A stretch of 64,000 nt of DNA from Patescibacteria group bacterium (GTDB taxonomy: Bacteria; Patescibacteriota; Patescibacteriia; UBA9934). The translations under genes were made by a program, and so were the position numbers. The DNA is taken from the NCBI GenBank assembly GCA_038064675.1, contig JBBTSM010000002.1:145852-209851 (forward strand), given 5' to 3'. The notes under the pieces are model-generated. The model made no database searches. It saw only the letters and a list, made by a program, of their open reading frames with translations, and was not told where the DNA came from. Shown piece by piece: positions 17,988 through 27,862 of this stretch; within the stretch, counting starts at the first letter, position 1; every line of letters begins with the position of its first letter.

Positions 17988-19205
17988 TTATTCATAACGT
18001 AAGGCCACGATCGGGTTCAGCCCTGCGGCACGTCGTGCCGGGTAGTATCCGAAGACAATACCGATAGCGGCCGAGACGCCGAACGCAAGGAGAACCGACG
18101 ACCATGAGACGCTCGTGCTGACAATTCCCAGTGCTGAGACAACGTAGGAAATGCCAAGACCGAGCGCGATACCAATAATTCCGCCCGCCAGCGTTAACAT
18201 GATGGACTCAGCGAGAAATTGCTGTTCAATTTCTTTGCGTTTGGCGCCGATCGCCTTGCGCAAACCGATTTCTTTCGTGCGTTCCGTGACGCTGGTGAGC
18301 ATCATGTTCATGATGCCGATGCCTCCGACGACAAGGGAGATGCCCGCGACGGCGGCAAGAAGCGTGGTAAACGTTTCCGTGACACTTGATGCTGTAGCGA
18401 TAATGTCGGCTTGGTTGAGAATGCTAAAGTCTGCCGACGCCGCATCAAGGTGATGCCGGCTAAGTAAAAGATTCGTAATTTCCGTTTCCAATTCATCCAC
18501 CGTTTTTTCGCTCGTTGCCTGTACCGAGATACTCGTCACGTACTGGTCGCCGGAAAAGTATCGTTGTGCCGTTGAGAGCGGTATGAAGATCATGTCATCT
18601 TGGCTTGAGAACGAGTTGCCACCCTTCGCGACAGTAGTTCCGACGACGGTAAATTGGCTCCCATTGATACGAATTGTTTGACCAACGGGACTAACACCCT
18701 CTCCGAAGAGATCGGTGCTCACCGTTGATCCAAGTACCGCCACTTTGGCAACAGATGTATTTTGCTGATCAGTAACAAAACTCCCTTCGGCCACCTGCAC
18801 GTTTCGTACCTGCGTGTAGCTAGACGTCGTGCCAACGATAGACGTATTCGTGTTCGTTCCTTTGGCCGCTACCTGATACCGGGAGCTGACTTCCGGCGCA
18901 ACGGCTTGAGCTACCGAAATATCGTTTGCGATCGCTTGAGCATCTTCCGTGGTCAACGACTTCGCCGAACCGCGCTGGGTAGCAACGCCTCCGAATGAAC
19001 GTTGCGATCCCGGCTGGACTTGGATAAGGTTTGCGCCGATGGATTGAATGCTCGACTGAATGGACGCCTGCGATCCTTGTCCGATGGACACCATGGCGAT
19101 CACTGAGCTAATGCCAATAATGATGCCGAGGGTCGTTAAACCCGAGCGCACCTTATTACTGGAAAGCGCAAGAAATGTTTCTTCGAGCAAGTCAGAGATA
19201 ACCAT
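17988..19205 (-). CDS. ABC transporter permease, MacB/FtsX family.
   Basis: The N-terminal 'NKVRSGLTTLGIIIGISSVIAMVSIG', a large periplasmic domain and a C-terminal four-TM bundle. Confidence 0.8.
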   Translation of the reverse strand: MVISDLLEETFLALSSNKVRSGLTTLGIIIGISSVIAMVSIGQGSQASIQSSIQSIGANLIQVQPGSQRSFGGVATQRGSAKSLTTEDAQAIANDISVAQAVAPEVSSRYQVAAKGTNTNTSIVGTTSSYTQVRNVQVAEGSFVTDQQNTSVAKVAVLGSTVSTDLFGEGVSPVGQTIRINGSQFTVVGTTVAKGGNSFSSQDDMIFIPLSTAQRYFSGDQYVTSISVQATSEKTVDELETEITNLLLSRHHLDAASADFSILNQADIIATASSVTETFTTLLAAVAGISLVVGGIGIMNMMLTSVTERTKEIGLRKAIGAKRKEIEQQFLAESIMLTLAGGIIGIALGLGISYVVSALGIVSTSVSWSSVLLAFGVSAAIGIVFGYYPARRAAGLNPIVALRYE

Positions 19206-19882
19206 ACGGCTTTGTCGCTTTCGATTTTTCCATCGCGAATGAAAATGATGCGATCGGCGTGTTGGGCGACGTCGGGTTCATGCGTAATGAGAATAATGGT
19301 GCGCTTCTCATCGCGATTGAGTTTGCGGAATGTTTCAAGGACGATCAGTCCGGTGTGGGTATCGAGGTTTCCTGTGGGTTCGTCGGCGAGAATGAGAGAC
19401 GGCTGGTTTACGAGCGCACGAGCAATTGCGACGCGCTGAATCTGGCCACCGGAGAGCTGGTTGGAGAGATGGTGAAAGTATTGCTCGTCGAGTCCTGCGG
19501 ATTTCAAGGCTGCGGTAGCGATTTTTTCGCGCTCTTCTTTAGGAATCTGTTTGTAAACGAGTGGAAGCGTGACATTTCGCAGGGCGCTTGCACGCGGCAA
19601 AAGGTTAAACGCCTGAAAGACGAACCCGATATGCTCGCGACGAATGTCCGCCAACTCATCTTCTGATAACGTGGATGCATCTTTGCCGTCGAGGACATAG
19701 GCTCCACTCGTTGGCGTATCAAGCGCGCCCAAAATATGCATGAGCGTGCTTTTTCCTGAGCCAGATGGTCCCATGATCGCCACAAACTCCCCGTCGCGGA
19801 TGGTGAAGCTCACCCCTTTGAGAGCATCAAACGATCCTGCGCCAGTTACGTATGTCTTAGTGACGTTCTTTACTTCAATCAT
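19136..19882 (-). CDS. ABC transporter ATP-binding protein (MacB/LolD-type).
   Basis: Walker A 'GPSGSGKST', ABC signature 'LSGGQIQRVAIARAL' and Walker B 'LILADEPTGNLD'. The start is set at MIEVKNV. Confidence 0.9.
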   Translation of the reverse strand: MIEVKNVTKTYVTGAGSFDALKGVSFTIRDGEFVAIMGPSGSGKSTLMHILGALDTPTSGAYVLDGKDASTLSEDELADIRREHIGFVFQAFNLLPRASALRNVTLPLVYKQIPKEEREKIATAALKSAGLDEQYFHHLSNQLSGGQIQRVAIARALVNQPSLILADEPTGNLDTHTGLIVLETFRKLNRDEKRTIILITHEPDVAQHADRIIFIRDGKIESDKAVWLSLTCSKKHFLRFPVIRCARV

Positions 19883-19886
19883 AGGT

Positions 19887-21857
19887 TTAGCGAGGGAACG
19901 AGCCACTGAACCCACCAGAAGCGCCGCCTCCACCACCCAATATGCTCGAGGCAGACGAAGTGGCTGTTGACGTTGTACTGTTCGTTACCGTTCTCGTAAC
20001 CACATATTCGCCAGCGTTCAAACCGGAGACGATTTCGCTTTGTGTGTCGTTGGAAAGACCAACCCCCACGCTCACTTGGCGTGGCGGCGTGTTTGATGTG
20101 ACGCCCTGCGTGCCGCCAGTTTCCGTTGCGCCGTCGAGAACTTCAACGTAAGAGGAATCACCGTATGACTTCACCGCGCTACTCGAAACCACGACGACAT
20201 TTTGTCGAATGTCCGTGATGATGGAGATGTTGGCGCTCATGCCGGAAAGTACACGTTCATCTTCGGTATCAAGCGCGATGAGTACGTTGTAGCTCACAAC
20301 ACCCTGAGAGACGGTACCGATGGTGTCGATTTGGATGACCTTTCCAGTCGTGGTCAAATCCTCGATAGCATCGAACGTGAGCGTCGCACGGTCGTCGATG
20401 ACAACTTTCGCCACATCAACTTCATTCAGGGTCATTTGTGCCGTGAACTGGTCCGCGACAACGATTGCGAGCGCACTGCCCGACGATGCCATTTCACCAA
20501 CGTGCAAACTCACGCTCGCCAACGTTCCGCTGATCGGAGCGCGAACCGTATATTCTGCCAAGTCTTCGAGGGCATCGTTATATTTGTTGCGAGCATTCTC
20601 AAGACTCAGTTCCTGAGAACGGACATCAAGACTGTCGGTATCGACCGTAAGATCCGCAAGCTGCTGCTCTCGTTCGGCAACCGTTTCTTTAGCTTTAGCA
20701 ATCTCATCTTCGTCTGCACCGTCCATAACGTCGTCATAGTTTTCTTGTGTGGTTGCGAGACTGATCTTTGCTTCTTCAACGGTGTCTTCGGCATCCGCGA
20801 TTGAGTTTGGTGCACTCAAGTCCGTTTCCTCAATGGTATTTGCTGAAGATTGCAACGAGCTGATAATGCCATTTGTGGTAACGACATCCGCAGGAATAGT
20901 CGTCATCATTTCATCGATATGGTCGGCGATAGCAGAATTCTCATAGCCGTTATCCTCGACGCGATTCAAAAGAATCTGAGCGCTATTGAGCGCGTTGGAG
21001 ATGTCTTCGGTAACTTGAAGCGTAAGCGTAATAACCTCCACTTTGTCGTCCGTACTACTGTCTCGACTTGAGTTCTGAAACGCAGACCACGCATCGTCGT
21101 AAGAATTCTGCGCGGTGTCGTAATCGTTCAGCACATCATCGGAATACGAAGAGCTGGCCATGAGGTTGTAATACCCGATGTATTCCTCTCCGCTCTGTTC
21201 TGTGCCGATGAAATCGGACAAATCTGTCATGAGGCTCGTGATGTCCGTGAATGCTTCTGCCACGGCGTTATAGCCGTTCTCGGAAGCCGATTTGAGATCT
21301 TGTTGCGCGGAAGTCTGTATTTTGGTGAGGTTGCGCTCAGCTTGCGCAAGTGCACGCTCCGCATTATCAATTGCATCCTGCGCATCGCTTTGCTCTACGC
21401 TGGTAGGACTGTTTTCCAAATCGCTCAACGCTCTCTGTGCTTGCGCAAGAGCATTTTCTGCCTGAAGGAGCGAAAGCGTGTCGGGATCAGCCATCAGCTT
21501 TTCGTAAGCGATCTGCGCGCTCTCAAGGCTGATCCGCGCATCGCGCACGCTCTTTTGGGCATTCTTCGCATCCAGAACAGCGATGATGTCACCTTCCTCA
21601 ATCTGCTGGCCGCTTTTTGCGACGAGTTGAACAATTTTGCCAGACACCTCCGGCTTCACCTCGATTTCCGCTTCGCCTTGAACTTGTCCGGTGCCGGAAA
21701 CACTCGTCGTAAGCGTTTCTTGCGCTGCGACTTCAAGAACATACCGTGCTTGTGCGGTATCGGTGCTGAATGCTCGAACGATGAGGATTCCTCCCCCTAA
21801 CAATACAATACCGGCCAGTACTGCGGTTTTCTTTCGTTGACGGAGAAATTGATACAT
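19887..21857 (-). CDS. Unusually long (~656 aa) HlyD/MacA-type periplasmic adaptor. It has an extended coiled-coil and a C-terminal Ser/Thr/Gly-rich tail.
   Basis: A TM anchor, then a biotin-lipoyl-like 'KPEVSGKIVQLVAKSGQQIEEGDIIAVLD', a long heptad-rich region and a beta-barrel domain. Confidence 0.75.
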   Translation of the reverse strand: MYQFLRQRKKTAVLAGIVLLGGGILIVRAFSTDTAQARYVLEVAAQETLTTSVSGTGQVQGEAEIEVKPEVSGKIVQLVAKSGQQIEEGDIIAVLDAKNAQKSVRDARISLESAQIAYEKLMADPDTLSLLQAENALAQAQRALSDLENSPTSVEQSDAQDAIDNAERALAQAERNLTKIQTSAQQDLKSASENGYNAVAEAFTDITSLMTDLSDFIGTEQSGEEYIGYYNLMASSSYSDDVLNDYDTAQNSYDDAWSAFQNSSRDSSTDDKVEVITLTLQVTEDISNALNSAQILLNRVEDNGYENSAIADHIDEMMTTIPADVVTTNGIISSLQSSANTIEETDLSAPNSIADAEDTVEEAKISLATTQENYDDVMDGADEDEIAKAKETVAEREQQLADLTVDTDSLDVRSQELSLENARNKYNDALEDLAEYTVRAPISGTLASVSLHVGEMASSGSALAIVVADQFTAQMTLNEVDVAKVVIDDRATLTFDAIEDLTTTGKVIQIDTIGTVSQGVVSYNVLIALDTEDERVLSGMSANISIITDIRQNVVVVSSSAVKSYGDSSYVEVLDGATETGGTQGVTSNTPPRQVSVGVGLSNDTQSEIVSGLNAGEYVVTRTVTNSTTSTATSSASSILGGGGGASGGFSGSFPR

Positions 21858-21980
21858 ACGTTGCATATGATTTCTTCAGGAGTGGCAACACTATAAAAAA
21901 ACGCCAGTGAAGAAAGTGTAAAGAAGCGGCTACCAAAAAACGCCCGCGTGGGCGCTTTTGGAAGAACACTCCCGATGTAA

Positions 21981-22973
21981 CTAGGAAGCGCGGGAGATAG
22001 GAAGCATGATGGTGACCTTTGTTCCTTTGTCAGAAACACTCTGTATATCAATCTTGCCACGGTGGGCGCGTATCACCGCGTTGGCAATCGATAAGCCGAG
22101 CCCACTGCCGCCCGTGCCGCGAGAGCGGCTCTTTTCTGCCCGATAGAAACGATCAAATACATGCGCAATGTCTTCGGGATTCATGCCGATGCCTGTGTCG
22201 TCGATTTCAATAATGGCCTGAGACTGTGCTTCTGAAAGACGGACCTCGACGCTTCCACCAGACTTGTTGTAGCAAACAGCATTCTTGAGAACGTTGGCAA
22301 TAGCCTGCGAGAGCATCTGTTTATCGCCGAAGACGGTAACTTCAGCATCGGCGTTAACGAAGCAATCAATATTGATATCGTTTTTTGCGGCAAGTTCAGT
22401 AAATCGTTCAGTGGTTTCCCGAAGGAGCGGTGCGAGTTCCACGTTCTCCTTGTTTGGAATGTTGATATTTCGCTCCGCGAAATAAGAAAGCTGCAGCAAG
22501 TCCTCAACAAGTCGGGTCATGCGATGCACCTCTTCAAGATGACTTGTAATCTTCTTCTCCTCTTTCGTGTTCTTATTTCTTCGCAGCTGACTTTCGAGTC
22601 CTGTTTGCAAGATGGAAAGTGGTGTACGAAGTTCGTGCGAGGCATCGCCTAAGAATCGGCGTTGACGCTGATACGCGGAACGAATCGGACGCAGTGTTAA
22701 CCCCGCAAGACCGTAACTGAGTATTGCCGCAACAATAAGCAGCGCGCCATTCACCATGAGAATGGTACTTTGAAAATCTTGCTCAATATTGCGCATGTCC
22801 GGTCCGGGTGGCGGCATGAGCTCTGAAACTTCCTGCCCCGAAGTCGATTCATCAAACCGTGCGCGCAGACGTTCAGAAAAGATCGAGCGACTAATGCCAC
22901 TTGAGGAAGCCAAAATACCCGCAAGAATCATCACGTACACAACGGTGAGGACGATTCTTGTTTTGACGAACAT
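21981..22973 (-). CDS. Sensor histidine kinase.
   Basis: A TM anchor, a HisKA 'HELRTPLS' motif, and HATPase 'DDTGIGM...GGSGLGLSI'. Confidence 0.8.
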   Translation of the reverse strand: MFVKTRIVLTVVYVMILAGILASSSGISRSIFSERLRARFDESTSGQEVSELMPPPGPDMRNIEQDFQSTILMVNGALLIVAAILSYGLAGLTLRPIRSAYQRQRRFLGDASHELRTPLSILQTGLESQLRRNKNTKEEKKITSHLEEVHRMTRLVEDLLQLSYFAERNINIPNKENVELAPLLRETTERFTELAAKNDINIDCFVNADAEVTVFGDKQMLSQAIANVLKNAVCYNKSGGSVEVRLSEAQSQAIIEIDDTGIGMNPEDIAHVFDRFYRAEKSRSRGTGGSGLGLSIANAVIRAHRGKIDIQSVSDKGTKVTIMLPISRAS

Positions 22974-22977
22974 GAGG

Positions 22978-23640
22978 CTAGACGAGTCGGTAGCCTTTCC
23001 CCCAAACGGTTTCAATGCGCTGCGCATATTCTTTTGGTAACTTCTTCCGTAAATTTTTTACATGGACGTTGACCACGTTGCTGAATTCGTCATGGAACCT
23101 ATCCCACACGTGGGAAAGAATGTCTTCCCGCGTGACGACGGCTCCGTGATTACGCAGGAGAAGTTCCAGCAAGCCGAATTCCCGGAGCGTGACATCGAGC
23201 TTTTTCTTTTTTATCCAGACTTGCTGCGATCGCGTGTCGAGATGTAAGTCATCCAGCTCAAGAACGTCTCCGGTGAGTTGCGGAGTGCGCCTCAGCACCG
23301 TTCGCATGCGTGCAAAGAGTTCGTCAAAAGAAAATGGCTTTACGAGGTAGTCATCTCCGCCGATATTTAATCCGGCGATTTTATCCTCCGTCGTATCCCG
23401 TGCAGTAAGAAAGATGACGGGGGTCTGTATTCCATGCGTGCGAAGATTCTGGCATACCGCCAATCCATCACGTTTGGGAAGCATGATATCCAAGATAATC
23501 AAATCGTAGCCGTTGATTCTTGCCAACGTTTCTCCTTCTTCACCGTCGAATCCAAAATCAACCGCATAGCCGCGGTCACGCAATTCTTCCACGATGTTTT
23601 CGTTTAATTTTGGTTCGTCTTCGACGACGAGAATTTTCAT
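22978..23640 (-). CDS. OmpR-family response regulator.
   Basis: An N-terminal receiver domain ('MKILVVEDE...DLIILDIMLPKRDG') and a winged-helix C-terminus ('VWGKGYRLV'). Confidence 0.9.
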   Translation of the reverse strand: MKILVVEDEPKLNENIVEELRDRGYAVDFGFDGEEGETLARINGYDLIILDIMLPKRDGLAVCQNLRTHGIQTPVIFLTARDTTEDKIAGLNIGGDDYLVKPFSFDELFARMRTVLRRTPQLTGDVLELDDLHLDTRSQQVWIKKKKLDVTLREFGLLELLLRNHGAVVTREDILSHVWDRFHDEFSNVVNVHVKNLRKKLPKEYAQRIETVWGKGYRLV

Positions 23641-23801
23641 AGCGTAAGCACAATATACCCCGACTGGTGAAGAAATAGTGAAGCGTTCGCTGTTGTTATC
23701 ATTCTATCAGAACCATATTCTTTTATCCTGAACAACAGGAAGAGGAATTTGTTGCCCAGTAATTATTCGAACTCCATCACAATATTTGGTAAAATATCAG
23801 T

Positions 23802-24305
23802 ATGGGAAGAAAGGCTTTAATGAATCGCATGAAAATTCACAACACATTAAAACTCGTCTCCGCCATTGGTATCTCTGAGCTTGCGGGCATTATCGGATCG
23901 GTGTTCACGATGCCTTCCGTTACGAGTTGGTACGCGGAAATTGCGAAGCCAGTCATCAACCCTCCGGCATGGGTGTTCGGACCAGTCTGGACGACGCTCT
24001 TCGCTCTTATGGGCGTTGCTGCGTTTTTGGTATGGAGGAAGGGGTTGAAACGCAGGGATGTCAAAATCGCGCTCAGTATCTTTATTGGCCAGCTGATTTT
24101 CAATACGCTTTGGTCAATCATCTTCTTTGGTCTGCATAGTCCAGGTGGTGCGCTTGTGGAAATCGTGTTCCTCTGGTTTGCGATTGCGGCAACCATCATC
24201 GCCTTTGCCAAAGTCTCTAAGCCAGCCGCGTGGATTCTTGCGCCGTACATTCTTTGGGTCAGTTTCGCCGCGTATCTGAATTATTCGATTTGGATTCTCA
24301 ACTAA
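23802..24305 (+). CDS. tspO: TspO/MBR family (tryptophan-rich sensory protein).
   Basis: 'WYAEIAKPVINPPAWVFGPVWTTLFALMGVAAF' is the canonical TspO signature. Five transmembrane segments are predicted. Confidence 0.8.
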   Translation: MGRKALMNRMKIHNTLKLVSAIGISELAGIIGSVFTMPSVTSWYAEIAKPVINPPAWVFGPVWTTLFALMGVAAFLVWRKGLKRRDVKIALSIFIGQLIFNTLWSIIFFGLHSPGGALVEIVFLWFAIAATIIAFAKVSKPAAWILAPYILWVSFAAYLNYSIWILN

Positions 24306-24312
24306 TTTTTTT

Positions 24313-24771
24313 ATGAGTTTCGCCGAGTGGCTTGACGTTATAGGATTATTTTTACTTCTCGCCGGTTTTGTTATCGGTCTGGGGGCGGTGACCGTGATAG
24401 ATATCCACGGCTTTCTTGGGCGAACGTCGTTGTACTGGACCGAGGCCACAACCCGAACGCATAAAGTAACAAAGCCAATGATCTGGGCTGGCATTACTCT
24501 TGCCGTTGTTGGCGGTTTCATTTTCTACTGCGCACACGGCTTTTCCGGCATTCCGCTCGTGCATGCGTTCATCGCGTTGATCCTTGTCGTTAACGGCTTC
24601 TTTCTCTCTTTCAGCGTGAGTCCTTTCTTGCTGAAGCGTGAAAAAGAGGGTCGATCCGGAGAACTCTTGCCGGCTTCTTGGCAGAAGAAAATCATGGTTA
24701 GTCTCATTGTGTCCGATCTTGGTTGGTGGAGCGGATTGTTTTTGTTAGCTGTCTATCTTGTGGCCCGTTAA
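24313..24771 (+). CDS. Membrane protein of unknown function.
   Basis: 152 aa with four predicted transmembrane segments. Confidence 0.4.
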   Translation: MSFAEWLDVIGLFLLLAGFVIGLGAVTVIDIHGFLGRTSLYWTEATTRTHKVTKPMIWAGITLAVVGGFIFYCAHGFSGIPLVHAFIALILVVNGFFLSFSVSPFLLKREKEGRSGELLPASWQKKIMVSLIVSDLGWWSGLFLLAVYLVAR

Positions 24772-24777
24772 ATACCT

Positions 24778-25290
24778 ATGAGAAAAAAGTTTGTTACGGT
24801 GAACGATACATTTCAGCAGGGTTACAGATACGAACTCACCGAACCGGCAGGACGGAACTTTCATTCTGATTTCACGCCGGAACTTAGCCCAAAGGACATG
24901 CTTGCGCTTGGCGTCTTTGGCGGCAAGTACATGACCGACTGCCAAAAAGAGTTCCCTAAAAGCTGGTTTACGCGTGCTAAGCTTTCACCCGAGCATCACG
25001 ATGACATGATCAATTTCTTTCACAAACATGCCAGCCAACCGTTAAAGGTTTGGCAGGAAAAAGGATGGATTAACGAAGAACACGATCCTCGCGGCTGGTT
25101 TCAGTGGTATTGCCGCTACTACATGGGTAGGCGACTCGGTGTTGAAGATGAGCGACAAATCAAGAGGTGGAAAGCTATTGGGCGGCACATAGCGCAGATT
25201 CGAAAGAATTGTCGGACGAAAGATTTGACCTGCCGCCCTGCGCAAAGACAAGCTGTTCTGCACTGGGCTTACGACAGCAGGAATATATAG
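24778..25290 (+). CDS. Conserved-looking hypothetical protein (170 aa, Trp/His-rich).
   Basis: A clean ORF. Motifs such as 'GWFQWYCRYYMGRR' were not recognised. Confidence 0.4.
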   Translation: MRKKFVTVNDTFQQGYRYELTEPAGRNFHSDFTPELSPKDMLALGVFGGKYMTDCQKEFPKSWFTRAKLSPEHHDDMINFFHKHASQPLKVWQEKGWINEEHDPRGWFQWYCRYYMGRRLGVEDERQIKRWKAIGRHIAQIRKNCRTKDLTCRPAQRQAVLHWAYDSRNI

Positions 25291-25428
25291 AAAGGCTATG
25301 CCGTTATTGCCGATCTCAACAAGGATTTTGTTCGTACCTCCCACGATTGTGAACGAATACGCCATGTTTCATTTTGTAACATTTTGTCCGGTCCGTCTGC
25401 CTTTAAATTCCCCATTCGTTTATCTGCT

Positions 25429-25866
25429 ATGAAAAAATATTTTCATCCAAGCGAAGGCATATCGCAGACTCCGGAACTTTTAGAGTGCCCAAAGAGCGTC
25501 TTGGAGTATCTTAAGGAGAAGCATAAGGCGCTAAAGAGTTTTTATCGAACGCCTGACGGTCGTCATTCTGAAATTTGTAGCACGATTGCTCTGGAGATTG
25601 CTGAACTTTTCATCCAGGCTGGTTGCCGTCCTGATATTTGCGTCATTCGCGAGCGGGTTACCGAAGACGGTCTTGTTAGTTGGAAAAAACTTGTACCCGT
25701 GATGTTTCAAGGACTCGTAGAATGGTCCGCGCACATCGTGTGTTGTTACGGTGGAAAAGTATATGATCCTCTTCTTTCTGAGCCGATTCCCACAGAAGAG
25801 TACACATTGCGGATTTTTGGAGAAAGTATTCCAGTGCAGGTACTATTCCTCGAACGAGGTCGCTGA
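25429..25866 (+). CDS. Hypothetical protein.
   Basis: An ORF starting at MKKYFHP with no recognisable motif. Confidence 0.35.
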   Translation: MKKYFHPSEGISQTPELLECPKSVLEYLKEKHKALKSFYRTPDGRHSEICSTIALEIAELFIQAGCRPDICVIRERVTEDGLVSWKKLVPVMFQGLVEWSAHIVCCYGGKVYDPLLSEPIPTEEYTLRIFGESIPVQVLFLERGR

Positions 25867-25930
25867 TTCCACCGGGAGGTTAAAATAATAATCAGCTCAT
25901 CAAAGGGGCTTACTCTAAGGCGTATAAAAT

Positions 25931-26356
25931 ATGGTCACAATCAATCCCTACATCAACTTTAATGGTAATGCTGAGGAAGCATTTATGTTTTATCAATCGG
26001 TCTTTGGGGGAGAGATTGGAAAAATTATCCGCTTCAAGGACATCGCGAGTGCTGAGTTTCCAGTGCCTGAAAACGAAGCAAATAAAATAATGCGCATCGT
26101 TCTGCCTATCGGCGCAAGCGTTTTGATCGCGAACGATGTTCCAGAAAGCATGGGGTCCGTGAATGAAAACGAAAATAGATCTAAAATAGCGGTCATTGCA
26201 GAAAGCAAAGAAGAGGCAGAGAAAATATTCACCGGCCTTTCGCAGGGCGGAAGTGTAGAGATGCCTATGGGGCAGAGTCCGTGGGGCACATATTTTGCAA
26301 TGTTGCGAGATAAATTTGGTATTGAATGGACGGTGGAATTTACTGCAGAAATATAA
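25931..26356 (+). CDS. VOC-family (glyoxalase/PhnB-like) protein.
   Basis: 'INPYINFNGNAEEAFMFYQSVFGGE...' resembles PhnB/YjdN-like VOC proteins. Confidence 0.65.
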   Translation: MVTINPYINFNGNAEEAFMFYQSVFGGEIGKIIRFKDIASAEFPVPENEANKIMRIVLPIGASVLIANDVPESMGSVNENENRSKIAVIAESKEEAEKIFTGLSQGGSVEMPMGQSPWGTYFAMLRDKFGIEWTVEFTAEI

Positions 26357-26462
26357 AAGTTTAGGGTTTTTCTTTTGAAAAATACAGATGCCCGGCTCCC
26401 TATGGTGGGGGAACCGGGCATATCGTGTGGCAGCTGCCGCGTTGGCGAACTGCCGGGGTCGT

Positions 26463-27029
26463 TCACGAGGGGCGGGGCGGCACCGGGACGGGGATGGCCG
26501 CCGGTGTGGTCGGCGCCGCCGCCGGGACGCTCTTGCCGTGGCTCCGGGCCTCGGGCGCCGGGGTGGGCGCGGTCGTGGCCTCGGGCGCCGCGGGGGCGAC
26601 CGGGGCGTCGGCGGCGGCGGGCGGCACGGGGGCCGCCGCGTCGCAGCCACCGTCCCACATCACCTGACAGCGCCCGGTCACCTCGAGGTCGCCGAGCTTG
26701 ACCGGCGTCTGAGACAGGGTGAGGACGCGATTCGGGGTCAGGATGTGGCCCGCCCCGTCGGTGAGGAACCCGTCCTGGTTGTCGTCGATCGATCCGGGAG
26801 TCGCGCCGTAGACCGTGATGACCCGCTTCGCGGCCCCGTCGCAGATCTTGAGGGTCGTGATCTTCCCGTGGGGGATCGTGATCGGGAAGCGACCCTTGTC
26901 ATCGGTCGGGGTATTGGTGTCGTAGCCGTCCGCTCCGGCGACGCAGGTGGTGCCGTTGGGGCTGTGGGGGTTGTTGATACCGGACTGCGCGCAGCCGGCG
27001 GCGAGGAGGAACAGAACGAGGTAGCGCAT
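26463..27029 (-). CDS. High-GC lipoprotein with a Pro/Ala-rich C-terminal tail.
   Basis: Lipobox 'MRYLVLFLLAAGCAQ' and a PAPT-rich tail. Local GC is ~70% against ~50% in the flanks. The antisense ORF at 26388-27104 is judged a GC artefact. Confidence 0.45.
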   Translation of the reverse strand: MRYLVLFLLAAGCAQSGINNPHSPNGTTCVAGADGYDTNTPTDDKGRFPITIPHGKITTLKICDGAAKRVITVYGATPGSIDDNQDGFLTDGAGHILTPNRVLTLSQTPVKLGDLEVTGRCQVMWDGGCDAAAPVPPAAADAPVAPAAPEATTAPTPAPEARSHGKSVPAAAPTTPAAIPVPVPPRPS

Positions 27030-27245
27030 GCGATCTCCGAGGGAGGGGAGCCGGCCAGCCGAGGGGCTGGTTTGCGGCAGTTGCCCGGGAATCCGGGTGT
27101 TTGAAGGGCGAAGGAGGGCTTCGCCGCTCAAAATCCCGGACTCTCGCAGTTTCGCATGACGGGAAAGAATACCAGAAATAGTCGGAAAAGTCAATATTCA
27201 AGGAACAAAAAATCACCCCCGATTGCTCGGGAGTGATTTTTAGGT

Positions 27246-27590
27246 TTATTTAGCCGCTGCAACGATCTTTGCGAACACTTCTGGGTGCTTTTCTGCAACC
27301 TGGGCAAGAATCTTGCGGTCGATTGCGATATTGGACACCTTGAGCATGTTGATGAACCGGGAGTAGCTCAAGCCGAGTTCGTGAACTGCGGCGTTGATCT
27401 TTACGGTCCAAAGGGCACGGAAGGTGCGCTTCTTGGCACGGCGGTCGCGGAATGCGTACACACCAGCCTTGAGCATAGCCGGACGAGCGAGACGAATCTT
27501 GCTCTTTCGACCCCACTTGTAGCCCTTTACGCGAGCAAGCAGGTTCTTTCGGCGTTTTGTGTGTTGTGTACCACGTTTTACTCTTGGCAT
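27246..27590 (-). CDS. rplT: 50S ribosomal protein L20.
   Basis: 'MPRVKRGTQHTKRRKNLLARVKGY...' is a full-length L20. Confidence 0.95.
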   Translation of the reverse strand: MPRVKRGTQHTKRRKNLLARVKGYKWGRKSKIRLARPAMLKAGVYAFRDRRAKKRTFRALWTVKINAAVHELGLSYSRFINMLKVSNIAIDRKILAQVAEKHPEVFAKIVAAAK

Positions 27591-27591
27591 A

Positions 27592-27792
27592 TTAGGAAAG
27601 ATTGTATGGCATCATCGCTTTCAGAGCGCGACGGATGGTGACGCCAAAGGAGACGTCGGAGCGCTTGTTGCGCGTAGTGTTCCCGGATTCACGGGAATTG
27701 AAGTGGCCTTGGCCAGCTTTTCGCTTGATAACCTTGCCTGTTCGTGTGATACGAACACGCTTGGACATCGCCTTATGAGTTTTCATTGCCAT
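27592..27792 (-). CDS. rpmI: 50S ribosomal protein L35.
   Basis: 'MKTHKAMSKRVRITRTGKVIKRKAGQ', in the conserved infC-rpmI-rplT order. Confidence 0.9.
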   Translation of the reverse strand: MAMKTHKAMSKRVRITRTGKVIKRKAGQGHFNSRESGNTTRNKRSDVSFGVTIRRALKAMMPYNLS

Positions 27793-27862
27793 ACTGGGGT
27801 TTCTAAGATGTGCGAAGGTTAGTGGAAAACTGGCGTTCGGTCAAGGACAAGTGGGGAAGATT

